A stretch of DNA of 64,000 nucleotides from an uncultured virus (IMG/VR IMGVR_UViG_3300017774_008765) (IMGVR_UViG_3300017774_008765); one strand, 5' to 3'. Positions 17,889-27,135 are shown, numbered from the stretch's first letter. Numbers and translations: made by a program. The notes: a model not told the origin generated them from the sequence alone.

Positions 17889-19661
17889 GTGCCCCGTCAC
17901 CGTGTCTTTACCCAGATCTTCCGTCCCGACGTGTGGTTCGTGTCCCCGCCGGTCTGCAACCTCCTCTTTCCCGAGGAGTACACCTCGTTCCAGTACGGAC
18001 GCGAGATGCGCATGGAGACGACGCGTCTCCAGCTCGAGACCCACTCACACCTCCTGGAGCAGTCGGGGCAGCCCTACCAGCAGTTGATCCACGACTTCTA
18101 CTTTGCGCCGGGGTTCACCAAGGCGTCCGACGCGGGCCGCGGCGGCATCCACGTCGGGTTCGCCAGCCGTACGGAAGGCACGGACGTGATCAAGTCCGAC
18201 ATCTACGACCACGAGAAGTTCACCGGCATCGTGCCGAAGATGGAGCGGATCAGCGACACCGCGTTCTACGCCTCCGTGCACGACCTTGACGCAAAGCTCC
18301 AGCAGGAGCGAGGCGCGACCTACCCGGTCGGCGCGGAGGAGGACGGCCCGATCCGGCGCCTCGCCCGTCAGACCGCAGAGTTCAACTTCCTGCGGTACCG
18401 CTACGCGCCGCGGCAGGGGAATGTGCAGGCCAAGTTCCTGCCCCGCGTCGTCCCCGGATTTCCCGCGCTGGTCGTGAGCCGTCCGGTGACGGCACAGGAC
18501 GCGGAGCCGACGCACTTCCTCGGGCTCATCGTGGGGGTCACGCACACCCTCTCCCAGGAAGGCGGGACGACGGCGCTGAACCTCGCGTACATGCGGCCCC
18601 ACCTGCCGGACCGGTACGACGCGTTCCTCAAGGACCTGCGCGTCCGTCGCTCTCCCGACATGGAGCTGCGATTCGCGCCAGGGTATGGGGACGAGGCCGC
18701 GTTGCAGGACTTTTACACGGGAATTCGAACGTGGGTTCAGTTCGGTCCGGACCCCCTACAGCGCGTAAAGGAGCTGGAACAGGGAGTGATCCCGGCGTTC
18801 CTCGCCCGTGAACCCGCGGAAAATGCGGCAGTGCGGCGAATCACGTTCCTAAAGGACAGCCTTGACGCCATGCTGGAGATCCAGAAGGTTCTGGCGGATT
18901 TTAAAGGTAGATCCCCCACCTCTGATGGGCTGTGGACCTACGAAAACTTTCGCAGTTTCTTTAGCCGCTATGGCGGTGAGATTCAGCGGCTGGTCGAAGA
19001 CGAGTATGACTTGTTCGTCCCGAGAAACGCCCCCGCCCCTCCTTCGACAGATCCGGCGGCGCTGTCTTTGAGTGTCGAGCAGTCCTTCCGGTCTTTGTTA
19101 TCAGCCCTGCCGCTCATAGATGAGATCGCGATCGAGGCGGAGAAGAACTCCCTTTTGCCGCTCGAGGATGCCATCCGGCCTCCCTGGTTCTCCGAGTCCT
19201 ACACCAACCGCCAAATCGGCGCGAAGATCTACCGGCCCTTCTTCGACTGCGCGTCCCTCATCGACGCGTACCCGCCCACGTCCTACTCCGACGGGGTCGC
19301 CGGCGCCGCGACCAAGGTCGTCGCCGCGTACTCGGAGATGTCGGGCGGCGGGGAAGCGGCACCGCGGTGGATCTACGAGACGACCAAGCGGCCCGTCGCG
19401 ACGGACAACCAGATCCTCCACGCCTTCCACAAGAACGCGTTCGGGCCGTACAACGATCTCACGGGCCTGTTGGAGCTCGAGACGGACGCGGGAGACGACC
19501 GGGGTGCCCTCCCCGCGAAAGAGCTCCCGAACCGCCTGATCAAAAACACGAACGCCACCGTCACCGATCTGCCCACGCGTCTCGACCCCCGCGCCGACCG
19601 TCGGCGCGTGGTACAGTCCTACATCTCTGAGCTCCAACGCTCGTTCGGGGTTCGGGGATAA
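17889..19661 (+). CDS. putative baseplate hub C-terminal part (590 aa), in frame with the upstream ORF
   Basis: Starts at a GTG immediately after the TAA, in the same frame. Hub-like segment FLPRVVPGFPALVV...FLGLIVGVTHTLSQEGGTTALNL. Confidence 0.65.
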   Translation: MPRHRVFTQIFRPDVWFVSPPVCNLLFPEEYTSFQYGREMRMETTRLQLETHSHLLEQSGQPYQQLIHDFYFAPGFTKASDAGRGGIHVGFASRTEGTDVIKSDIYDHEKFTGIVPKMERISDTAFYASVHDLDAKLQQERGATYPVGAEEDGPIRRLARQTAEFNFLRYRYAPRQGNVQAKFLPRVVPGFPALVVSRPVTAQDAEPTHFLGLIVGVTHTLSQEGGTTALNLAYMRPHLPDRYDAFLKDLRVRRSPDMELRFAPGYGDEAALQDFYTGIRTWVQFGPDPLQRVKELEQGVIPAFLAREPAENAAVRRITFLKDSLDAMLEIQKVLADFKGRSPTSDGLWTYENFRSFFSRYGGEIQRLVEDEYDLFVPRNAPAPPSTDPAALSLSVEQSFRSLLSALPLIDEIAIEAEKNSLLPLEDAIRPPWFSESYTNRQIGAKIYRPFFDCASLIDAYPPTSYSDGVAGAATKVVAAYSEMSGGGEAAPRWIYETTKRPVATDNQILHAFHKNAFGPYNDLTGLLELETDAGDDRGALPAKELPNRLIKNTNATVTDLPTRLDPRADRRRVVQSYISELQRSFGVRG

Positions 19662-19734
19662 TCCCTGCTCCTCTCCCTTCTCTCTCTCTCTTCCTGAGAA
19701 AACCCACGCGTGATCTCGGAGGACATGAGGCGTC

Positions 19735-20889
19735 ATGACTGAGTCCGCTTCCCGGCTTCTTCCCGTCCCGCGGCTGGAACTGTCCGATCAGACGAAAGAG
19801 CGCCTGCGCAAGGTGGACACGGCCCGTCCGTACGTGCACCGCGCGATCCTTGGCGGGCTTCCGTCCCTGGCGGTCGCCAACCACCTCCTGCCGGACATGA
19901 AGTACCGGCGGGCGGCGATCGGGGCGCTCGGCGCAGTGGGGGCGGGCGTTGGGATGCTTGACCGCAAGATCGAAGAGCTGGCGGAAGAGCACGAAGAGCT
20001 CAAGCCGACCCTGAAGAACTACGCGAAGTCCTCAACCGGAGGCGGAATGCTCCCCGTGAACAAGATGGCCTCGGTCGAGGACCGCGTCGGCCGGAACGAA
20101 GCCCAGCTCTCGGCGCTCTTCCCTACCAGCATGGCGTCTCGGACGCCCCTGCGCGACCAGCTCGCGAAGATGGCCTCGGTGAAGGAAGCACTCATGCTCG
20201 ATCCGCGCGCCACCGCAAAGGGCCTGGGGACCGCCCACAAGTTCATGAAGGGCGTCGGACCGACCGCGGCCCTGGGCGTGGGCGGAGCCGCGGTCGGAGC
20301 GCTGAGCGACAGCGAGGACCGCATCGGGGGCGCGCTCAAGGGTGGTCTGCTCGGCGCGGCCGCGGGCGGCGCGATGACGGGCGCCGCCCACTTGATGGAC
20401 AAGCAGATCGGCCGCGGAATCCACAACATTCGTGGCTTGTCTTCCCAGTCGGGAGGACACGCGGTGGGCGACGTGCTCTCCGCTGCCCGCGCGCCGAACG
20501 CGAAGTTCGACAAGCGCTACGACAGTCTCTCCGCCCGGCTCCGCGCGAAGGCGCCCACCCCCGCGGGCGCCAGACCCTTCGCTCCGGCCGAGGAAGTTGC
20601 GACCAAGGGCGCCTCCATCGACGTGACCCGCGACGCCCACGGCCCCGTGGCCGGTCGTTCTGCGTACGCCACGCTGTCCCTCGGCGGCGAAAAGTCGAAT
20701 GACCAGGGCACAAGCCAAATGCTCCAGGTCCTCTTCGCTAACGTCCCGGCGATGCGACGTGCGACCGAGGAGCAGCTGGTGGCAGCCTTCCCCACGACGG
20801 GGCTGCTTTCAAGCGGACGCCACCGTGCGATCGGTCGCACGGCTGAAGAGGTCAACGACGAGCTCATGCTCGCCTTCGGTACGAGGTAG
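19735..20889 (+). CDS. Gly-zipper-containing protein with multiple K-x-A motifs (putative internal head/ejection protein)
   Basis: Hydrophobic GxxxG runs, plus NKMAS, AKMAS, VKEAL and TKGAS. Confidence 0.65.
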   Translation: MTESASRLLPVPRLELSDQTKERLRKVDTARPYVHRAILGGLPSLAVANHLLPDMKYRRAAIGALGAVGAGVGMLDRKIEELAEEHEELKPTLKNYAKSSTGGGMLPVNKMASVEDRVGRNEAQLSALFPTSMASRTPLRDQLAKMASVKEALMLDPRATAKGLGTAHKFMKGVGPTAALGVGGAAVGALSDSEDRIGGALKGGLLGAAAGGAMTGAAHLMDKQIGRGIHNIRGLSSQSGGHAVGDVLSAARAPNAKFDKRYDSLSARLRAKAPTPAGARPFAPAEEVATKGASIDVTRDAHGPVAGRSAYATLSLGGEKSNDQGTSQMLQVLFANVPAMRRATEEQLVAAFPTTGLLSSGRHRAIGRTAEEVNDELMLAFGTR

Positions 20890-20895
20890 CCCCTC

Positions 20896-21720
20896 ATGTC
20901 GCTTCGCGACGCCTACGAAATCATCAAGGAAGCAGCGGCCCGAAAGAAGAAGGCCGATCCCCTCCCTCCGGCACCGGCCCAACCGTCGGTGCCGGTACCT
21001 CCGCCGAGCCTGTCCCGCCAGCAGCGGGATCTGCACCTGTGGCAGACGTGGAAGGACAGCAACGAGCACCCGGATCACCTCGCGCCGTTGCTGAGCGCGG
21101 TGAAGCCGATCATGCGGCAGCAGGTGAACCGGTACGCGGGAAACGTGCCGATTCCGAAGCCGGCGCTCGAGGCCGAGGTCACCCGGCTGACCGTGGATGC
21201 ACTGCGCGCGTACAACCCCACCCGGGGCGCGCAGATCAACACCCACGTCACCAGCCAGCTGCGCGGCCTTCAGCGGTACGTGATCAAGAACCAGAACTTC
21301 TCCCGCATCACCGAGACGCGGGCCCACAAGATCGGGCAGTACCAGCGGGCCAAGGCGCTGCTGCACGACTCCTTGGGGCGGGAGCCGACGGTGACGGAAG
21401 TCGCCGACGAGATGAAGGTCTCCGTCCGCACGGTGGAGAAGCTGGCCCGGGAGATGCGCCCGGACCTGCTCGCTTCCGCCGCGGAGAACGATCCGTTCCT
21501 CGACGAGGAACCCCGGTCGCGCGAGATGCTGCGGTTGATGTACCCCTACGAGTTCACCCCGGACGAGCAGAAGGTGTTCGAGTTCCTGCTCGGGCTCAAC
21601 GGCCGCCCGGTGGAGAAGTCGACGGGGAAGGTCGCGCGGCAGCTGAAGATGAGCGACTCCAAGGTGTCGCAGCTGCGGGCCGCGATCGCCAAGAAGGCGC
21701 ACAAGTACCTCCATGAGTAG
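20896..21720 (+). CDS. sigma-70-family (group 3, FliA/SigF-like) RNA polymerase sigma factor
   Basis: Region 2-like DALRAYNPTRGAQINTHV, region 3 LGREPTVTEVADEMKVS, and region 4 HTH STGKVARQLKMSDSKVSQL. Confidence 0.85.
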   Translation: MSLRDAYEIIKEAAARKKKADPLPPAPAQPSVPVPPPSLSRQQRDLHLWQTWKDSNEHPDHLAPLLSAVKPIMRQQVNRYAGNVPIPKPALEAEVTRLTVDALRAYNPTRGAQINTHVTSQLRGLQRYVIKNQNFSRITETRAHKIGQYQRAKALLHDSLGREPTVTEVADEMKVSVRTVEKLAREMRPDLLASAAENDPFLDEEPRSREMLRLMYPYEFTPDEQKVFEFLLGLNGRPVEKSTGKVARQLKMSDSKVSQLRAAIAKKAHKYLHE

Positions 21721-21952
21721 CTTCGTCGCCCGTGGCCTCTTTGCCGTAGAGGGGGAGCCGCTCGACGACTCCGACGACCTCTACCTGCTGACGGTCGCGG
21801 CACAAACCATGATCGATGCTCGCGAAAAGGCGCTTCGCGCGGAGTATAGCTACCTCCTGGGCTACTACCGGGTCGTCACGGGAGAGGCGCTTCTCGAGCG
21901 CGGAACGGACGAACAAACCTACGAAGAGCTGGAGCGAATCCTCAACTCCTGA
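21713..21952 (+). CDS. hypothetical protein (79 aa)
   Basis: Start overlaps the 3' end of the sigma gene. Confidence 0.55.
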   Translation: MSSFVARGLFAVEGEPLDDSDDLYLLTVAAQTMIDAREKALRAEYSYLLGYYRVVTGEALLERGTDEQTYEELERILNS

Positions 21953-22014
21953 AGGGGGAAGGGTAGCGCCGGCGCAGATGGTCGGTACACTCGTGGTGTG
22001 CCGGCACGCAAAGC

Positions 22015-22053
22015 GGGCACGTACTCTCAGCCAGAGAGTACGTGCTCTGTTTT
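22015..22053 (+). terminator. intrinsic terminator or attenuator hairpin
   Basis: Perfect 12-bp inverted repeat 22017-28/22034-45 followed by TCTGTTTT. Confidence 0.7.
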
Positions 22054-22078
22054 AGCTTCCGGTGCGAAGGAGTCCGTC

Positions 22079-22312
22079 ATGCCCCCGTACGCCACCGCCA
22101 ACATTGCCTTCGCTGCCTTTCTGCTCGCGCATCACGCCGGGCTGATCGGGATCGAGCGCAACGGGAAGCGGGTGGCCTGGCTGTTCCAGCTCTCGCCGGA
22201 GGAAGCCCACCGGCTGGAAATGGAGTGGCTTGGTTCTGGAGAAAGCCGGTTCTTCAGTTTCTACCAGACCCTCAAGAGCGGAATTCGCGAAGACCGTCTT
22301 CGTCGTTCTTGA
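22079..22312 (+). CDS. small phage protein (DUF5659-like from recall)
   Basis: AAGGAG RBS. Pattern YATANIAFAAFLLA...LIGIER...WLF. Confidence 0.6.
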   Translation: MPPYATANIAFAAFLLAHHAGLIGIERNGKRVAWLFQLSPEEAHRLEMEWLGSGESRFFSFYQTLKSGIREDRLRRS

Positions 22313-22434
22313 TCCACCCGTGTTCTCGTGTACGCTATCCATACGAACACGGCGCGCCACAAGAAGCAGCGCCCTCTGACTACGCAGCACGTTGACCGCT
22401 GCTTCCTGCTCGCAATAAGTGGAGATTTTTTCCC

Positions 22435-24207
22435 ATGGCATACTTCACCCAGACCGCCGACATCTCGCGCGTCGGTCGCAATTTCATCAAGCCCTTCAGC
22501 AGCGCCTTCGGCCCGGGCCGCACCTTCTCCGTGAAGGTCTTCCGTGTCGAGGCCGGTGCCGACGTCGAGATCGCAGTGTCGGGCGGCGCCAACGCCGCCT
22601 CCGTGTTCGAGGAAGGTGCGGGCGTCTACAACCTCACCGTGCCCGACGGCGCGATGAGCTCCCCCAACAACTACTACGCGATGCTGTCCGACAACGTGAC
22701 GGGTGAGGGCATCCGCATCCCGATGTGGTCGCACCTCGCCGTCGACTTCGACGACCTCGTGCATCAGCGCATCGGCGATGCCGCGAGCGACCTCAACGGC
22801 CTCCACGGCTTCAACAACACGACCAACAAGGCCACCGTGGCCGCGGCGCTCAAGAAGGCCCTCGAGTACGGTGAGCACGCGAAGACCGAGCTGGGCGACG
22901 TGAGCGCCGAGTCCTTCACCGGCATCAGCGCCCCGGCGGACGTCGCGAAGGCCCTCGCCGCGATCTACAACAAGGTCCACACCGAGACGGAAGCCATCGA
23001 CAGTGCGCTCACGACCATCGACAACGAGATCGGTGCCATGCAGGGCAACGTGACCTCGATTCTCGCGGACACGAATGAGCTTCAGACGGACTGGGCGAAC
23101 GGCGGTCGTCTTGACCTCCTCCTCGACAAGACCGTTGCGGCCTCCGAGGCCGCTGAGGACCTGATCGGCCTCGCCGCGGACACCTCGTCTGCGGCTACCG
23201 TGTTCGGCAAGATCGCGCTCCTCAAGTCCGATCTCACCACCGAGATCAACGCGAACGAGGCCAAGCTCGACACCATCGATGGTGTCGTTGACGGGATCGC
23301 GGCCGAGATCGGCGACGTCAGCGCCGTGTTCGGTGGTGGCTCGCCCCCGGCCACGGTGGCTGCCGCGTTGAAGACGATCTACGACGCTCAGCAGAGCGCC
23401 GCGGACGTCTGGGACGACGCCATCGACGGCACTGACCCCGCCGGCTCGGCTGGCAAGCGCCTGTACGACCTCAGCGAGGACTGGAAGAACGGTGGACGTC
23501 TCGACCTCATCCTCGATGAGGCCGCTGCGGACGCCGATGCGGCTCGCGTCTCGGCTGCAAGCGCGGACACCAAGCTCGGAACGGCGGGCGCGGGCCAGAC
23601 CACGGTCTTCCAGGAGATCGCGGACCTGTCGTCGGAAGTGGCGGGTGTGCAGGACGACACCACGGAGATCCTCGGTGCGATCGGCACCGTGGCCGGGGAG
23701 ACGCTCGTCCAGCGCCTCGCGGCGATCAAGTCCATCGTCGACACGCTCACGGCGGTCGGTCAGGCCGCGCGTCTGTCCCTGTACTGCCCGGAGCGCATCT
23801 CGGGCTTCCGTACCGCGAACCTCGCGGTGCTGGTCAGCCTCGTGTCGCGCAACGAAGTGGGCGCGGACGACGACCTCGAGACCGTCGGCAACGGTCGCGC
23901 GTTCATGCGCGTTCTCGGACAGTCGGGCTCCCCGCTCGCCAACCGCCTGTACACGGACAGCGGCCTGAGCACGCTGGCGACCGCCGGCTCGGACGCCGCG
24001 TACACCGGGTACGCGGTCATGACCGCGAACGGCGCCAGCAACGCCAAGTTCAGCCTCTACTTCAAGGCTGAGCCGAAGGACAACGAGTCCTTCACGTTCG
24101 AGGCGACTGGCCAGGACAGCGACGGCGCCGTGATCCGCAAGGTCACCGCGGTCAAGCAGATGGTGGTCACTTCCACCTTCGCGGTCGCGGTCGGCGGCGC
24201 GTTCTGA
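22435..24207 (+). CDS. acidic Ala/Asp-rich coiled-coil virion protein (fibre/whisker-like, 590 aa)
   Basis: GGAG RBS, long heptad-like segments, duplicated DWxNGGRLDLxLD motif, and its own downstream hairpin. Confidence 0.7.
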   Translation: MAYFTQTADISRVGRNFIKPFSSAFGPGRTFSVKVFRVEAGADVEIAVSGGANAASVFEEGAGVYNLTVPDGAMSSPNNYYAMLSDNVTGEGIRIPMWSHLAVDFDDLVHQRIGDAASDLNGLHGFNNTTNKATVAAALKKALEYGEHAKTELGDVSAESFTGISAPADVAKALAAIYNKVHTETEAIDSALTTIDNEIGAMQGNVTSILADTNELQTDWANGGRLDLLLDKTVAASEAAEDLIGLAADTSSAATVFGKIALLKSDLTTEINANEAKLDTIDGVVDGIAAEIGDVSAVFGGGSPPATVAAALKTIYDAQQSAADVWDDAIDGTDPAGSAGKRLYDLSEDWKNGGRLDLILDEAAADADAARVSAASADTKLGTAGAGQTTVFQEIADLSSEVAGVQDDTTEILGAIGTVAGETLVQRLAAIKSIVDTLTAVGQAARLSLYCPERISGFRTANLAVLVSLVSRNEVGADDDLETVGNGRAFMRVLGQSGSPLANRLYTDSGLSTLATAGSDAAYTGYAVMTANGASNAKFSLYFKAEPKDNESFTFEATGQDSDGAVIRKVTAVKQMVVTSTFAVAVGGAF

Positions 24208-24235
24208 TCGCGGCATAGCGGTTGACGCAAAAGCG

Positions 24236-24265
24236 CAGCCCCGTGGAGTTTCCTCCACGGGGCTG
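24236..24265 (+). terminator. strong hairpin (terminator or mRNA stabiliser)
   Basis: 13-bp stem with a TTTC loop just after the 590-aa gene. The U-tract is weak. Confidence 0.55.
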
Positions 24266-24327
24266 TTGCCCATTCCGGGCTCAAAAGTGCTATTACTATG
24301 GGGTTCTGAACATAGGAGATCCGAGAC

Positions 24328-24735
24328 ATGAGCACGAAGCCCTGGAAACTGAGCACAGCCGGCAAGACCACCTGGTCGACGAAGGAGTCCGCAGTCGAGT
24401 ACGTCCGCGCGCACCTCGCGACCCTTCCCGCGACCACACTTCTCCTGAACACGGACACCGGCGAGGCGTTCGACCGTCTCGGCGCGCCGCTTCGCACTCT
24501 CTCGGACAGCCAGTACCGGACGCTGATGCAGACCCTCGGTGCGCTCCTCGGGTGTGCGGGGATTGGCATGTCCCCGGACGCCAAGGCGCTCGTTCCCCAG
24601 CTCCTTGGCCTTGGTGGCCAGCTCCGCGCGGACATCGAAGACGCAGCGGTCGAGTGGACGGTGGTAATGATCGCGAAGTCCAAGAAGGAGGCCTCCGATG
24701 CGGGTGGATCTGTCGCAAGCGAAAACGCATCCTGA
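24328..24735 (+). CDS. hypothetical protein (135 aa)
   Basis: AGGAG upstream, GC3-rich. Confidence 0.65.
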   Translation: MSTKPWKLSTAGKTTWSTKESAVEYVRAHLATLPATTLLLNTDTGEAFDRLGAPLRTLSDSQYRTLMQTLGALLGCAGIGMSPDAKALVPQLLGLGGQLRADIEDAAVEWTVVMIAKSKKEASDAGGSVASENAS

Positions 24736-24739
24736 GGTA

Positions 24740-25216
24740 ATGCTGGAGTGGTCGCGCGCCGTCATGGACGCGACCCTCGAAGGACGGCTGCGGGGTGTTC
24801 CCGTCGTGCCGTTACTGTTCGTGTACCGGTGCACCCCCTCGGGAACGCTGGTGCTCTCTGCGGCTCCCATCGAGCTGAAGGAGCCCGTGTCCCCCGAGGA
24901 GGTGCGGACGCACATCGCGGACGCGGACGTCGTGGGCTACCTCACAGTGTTCCTCGGAGAGCCCGTCTACGAGATGGTTTGCGTCGCCGTGGACTGGAGC
25001 CAGATGCCGGTCGTTCTGCCGGAGAAGCAGACACTCCCGAAGACCGTGCAGAAAAAGCGCCAGTTCCTCCTGACGGGCGTCTTCGAGTGCGCCGTGTCGG
25101 GGGCCCTGCTGCTGGCCGACATCTACGAGGATAAAACCTACAGCCCCGTATCCATCGAACCCGCGGCGACCGCCGGGACGGTGGTCGGGCTGGTGAACCT
25201 CAAGCAGTGGGACTGA
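24740..25216 (+). CDS. hypothetical protein
   Basis: GAGGT before the ATG at 24740, tight packing. Confidence 0.65.
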   Translation: MLEWSRAVMDATLEGRLRGVPVVPLLFVYRCTPSGTLVLSAAPIELKEPVSPEEVRTHIADADVVGYLTVFLGEPVYEMVCVAVDWSQMPVVLPEKQTLPKTVQKKRQFLLTGVFECAVSGALLLADIYEDKTYSPVSIEPAATAGTVVGLVNLKQWD

Positions 25217-25217
25217 G

Positions 25218-25553
25218 ATGGCGGCAGAGCGGATCAAGGTCGGGCAGCGCTACATGCTCACGTACGAGGGGATCCCGGATCTCTCCGTCGAGGCGTTCAT
25301 CCTGCATGAACAGAACGGTGCCGACCTGTCCCGCGGCGTGTGGGTTCCCCTCACCGCCCTTCCGGCGGCGACGGGGCACCACACGGTGTACACGGCACCT
25401 CACCTGTTCCTCGTCGAGGGCTACCACCACGTCAGCTACCGCACTGATCCGCCGGGCGGAGAGCAGGTGGTGAAAATCTACGCCTTCCGAACCGATCCCA
25501 CCAACCGCGCGGCGGGGACGATCACCTCTACCGCTACCTCCCGGGTGAAGTGA
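25218..25553 (+). CDS. hypothetical, probably structural protein (111 aa)
   Basis: Tight operon packing, beta-rich. Confidence 0.6.
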   Translation: MAAERIKVGQRYMLTYEGIPDLSVEAFILHEQNGADLSRGVWVPLTALPAATGHHTVYTAPHLFLVEGYHHVSYRTDPPGGEQVVKIYAFRTDPTNRAAGTITSTATSRVK

Positions 25554-26233
25554 TGGCGCGCCTCGTCAACCGCGAGAACGAATTCACCCTCGAGATCGCC
25601 CTCACCACCAGTGAGGGCAACGTCGCCACCAACGCGGACGAGACCCCGACCGCGGAGATCCGTCTCGAGACGACGGGATCTCTGGTAAAGACCTTCGGCG
25701 CCAGCGACGTTACCCACCCCGCCACGGGGACGTACCTGGCGACGTGGACGCCAGACACGGCGGCGACCTACCGCATCGTCTGGTCGTTCCTCATCGACGG
25801 CACGGTGTTCCAGCAGACCGAGGTGTTCACCGTCTTCTCGGTCACGACCGAGACGGGCGGCGGGACGACAAGCGAGCCCCTGGTTGGCTATGACCAGACG
25901 TGTCGCGTCACCGCGACCTTCCTCGACGCCCGCGGCGATGGGGTAGTCGGCGTTCACGTGCGGTTTACGCCCCGCTTCGACGGCGACGCGATTCGCACCC
26001 TGGGCGTGCTCGCCCGAGAGGTCACCGAGCAGAGCTACACCGACGGCGTGTTCTCGATGTACCTCGTGCGGGGGATGACGGGAACGCTCGCCATCTCCGG
26101 CCTGGGCATTGTCCGCGAGGTCACCGTGCCCGACGTGGAGACCGTGAACCTCTTCGCCCTGCTCGCCGAGACCGAGGACCCGCTGGCCATCCAGCCGGCG
26201 CGGAAGACCTATCTCATCCGGAGGACGCTCTGA
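25550..26233 (+). CDS. Ig-like beta-sandwich virion protein
   Basis: Thr-rich beta pattern (TGTYLATWTP...YRIVWSF) and coupled start/stop. Confidence 0.6.
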   Translation: MMARLVNRENEFTLEIALTTSEGNVATNADETPTAEIRLETTGSLVKTFGASDVTHPATGTYLATWTPDTAATYRIVWSFLIDGTVFQQTEVFTVFSVTTETGGGTTSEPLVGYDQTCRVTATFLDARGDGVVGVHVRFTPRFDGDAIRTLGVLAREVTEQSYTDGVFSMYLVRGMTGTLAISGLGIVREVTVPDVETVNLFALLAETEDPLAIQPARKTYLIRRTL

Positions 26234-27135
26234 TGGTGCCCGTCCAATTCCTCGTCACGGACGAGCAGCTTCCTACCGGGGAGCCTCTGGAGGACGTGGT
26301 CGTCCGCGTCTACGACGAGTTCGGGGTCGTGCTCGTCACGGAGGGGACCACCGACGAGGGCGGGGAGCTCATCTTCGAGCTCCCAGAGAACGAGACCTAC
26401 TGGATCCGTTTCTTCAAGACCGGCATCGCGTTCCTGAGCCGGCTGTTCATCGAGGTAGAGCCGGGCGCTGAGACCTTCGACGTGGTGGGCCGTCGATTGA
26501 GCGCCCAGTCCGACGCCAGCGACGCGGCCCTGTGTCGGGTCACCGGGACACTTCTTGCGCCGAACGGCCTCGGCGCAGAGCGGCTCACGCTCTACTTCAT
26601 GCAGACGCAGACCCCGCAGGTGGTCAACGGCTGCGCCGTCCTGCCGAGCAAGGTCTACACTCAGGCTGACGCCACCGGACGCATCAGCATCGACCTGCTG
26701 CGCAGCGCCGCCTACGACGTGTGGGTCGCCGGAGCGGAGGACCGTGTTTTCCGCGTGAAGACCCCGAACTACCCGCGGACGGGGATCACTGACCTTCTCT
26801 TTCCCCTGCTCGTCGCGATCGAGACGTCCGCGTCCTCCGTCCTCGTCACGCGCGGGATCCTTTCGGAGGTGGACGTCACGGCGACGCTCTCCTCGCGCGT
26901 GACGGTCCCGTACCTGCGCGACGACCAGGAGACCGTTCCCCTGGCGGAGTACTGCACGATCGTAGTGGAGGACCCGACGGTGGTGCGCGGGGCTTTCGTC
27001 GCGTCCCGCCTTCAGCTCGAGGGGCTCGCCGCGGGCACGACGCAGGTGCGGCTGGTGCGCAAGACCTCGACCCTCGTCCGCACGCCGGATCCCGGCACCC
27101 TTGAGCACGTGCTTAGTGTCACCGTCTTCGGATGA
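26233..27135 (+). CDS. virion protein with carboxypeptidase-regulatory-like/Ig-like domains
   Basis: GEPLEDVVVRVY...GTTDEGG pattern, C-terminal Ig-like LEGLAAGTTQV, TGATG coupling. Confidence 0.65.
   Translation: MVPVQFLVTDEQLPTGEPLEDVVVRVYDEFGVVLVTEGTTDEGGELIFELPENETYWIRFFKTGIAFLSRLFIEVEPGAETFDVVGRRLSAQSDASDAALCRVTGTLLAPNGLGAERLTLYFMQTQTPQVVNGCAVLPSKVYTQADATGRISIDLLRSAAYDVWVAGAEDRVFRVKTPNYPRTGITDLLFPLLVAIETSASSVLVTRGILSEVDVTATLSSRVTVPYLRDDQETVPLAEYCTIVVEDPTVVRGAFVASRLQLEGLAAGTTQVRLVRKTSTLVRTPDPGTLEHVLSVTVFG

Noticed and set aside
19662..19696. Pyrimidine (CT)n-rich tract, and a 10-bp direct repeat TCTCCCTCGT near 63355-63377
   Set aside because: Short low-complexity intergenic sequence with no supportable function.
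21996..24270. ACGCAAA(A)GC segments at ~22005 and ~24225 resembling the c-di-GMP-I riboswitch core
   Set aside because: The upstream GCAAA-stem-GNRA element and the second conserved stem are absent.
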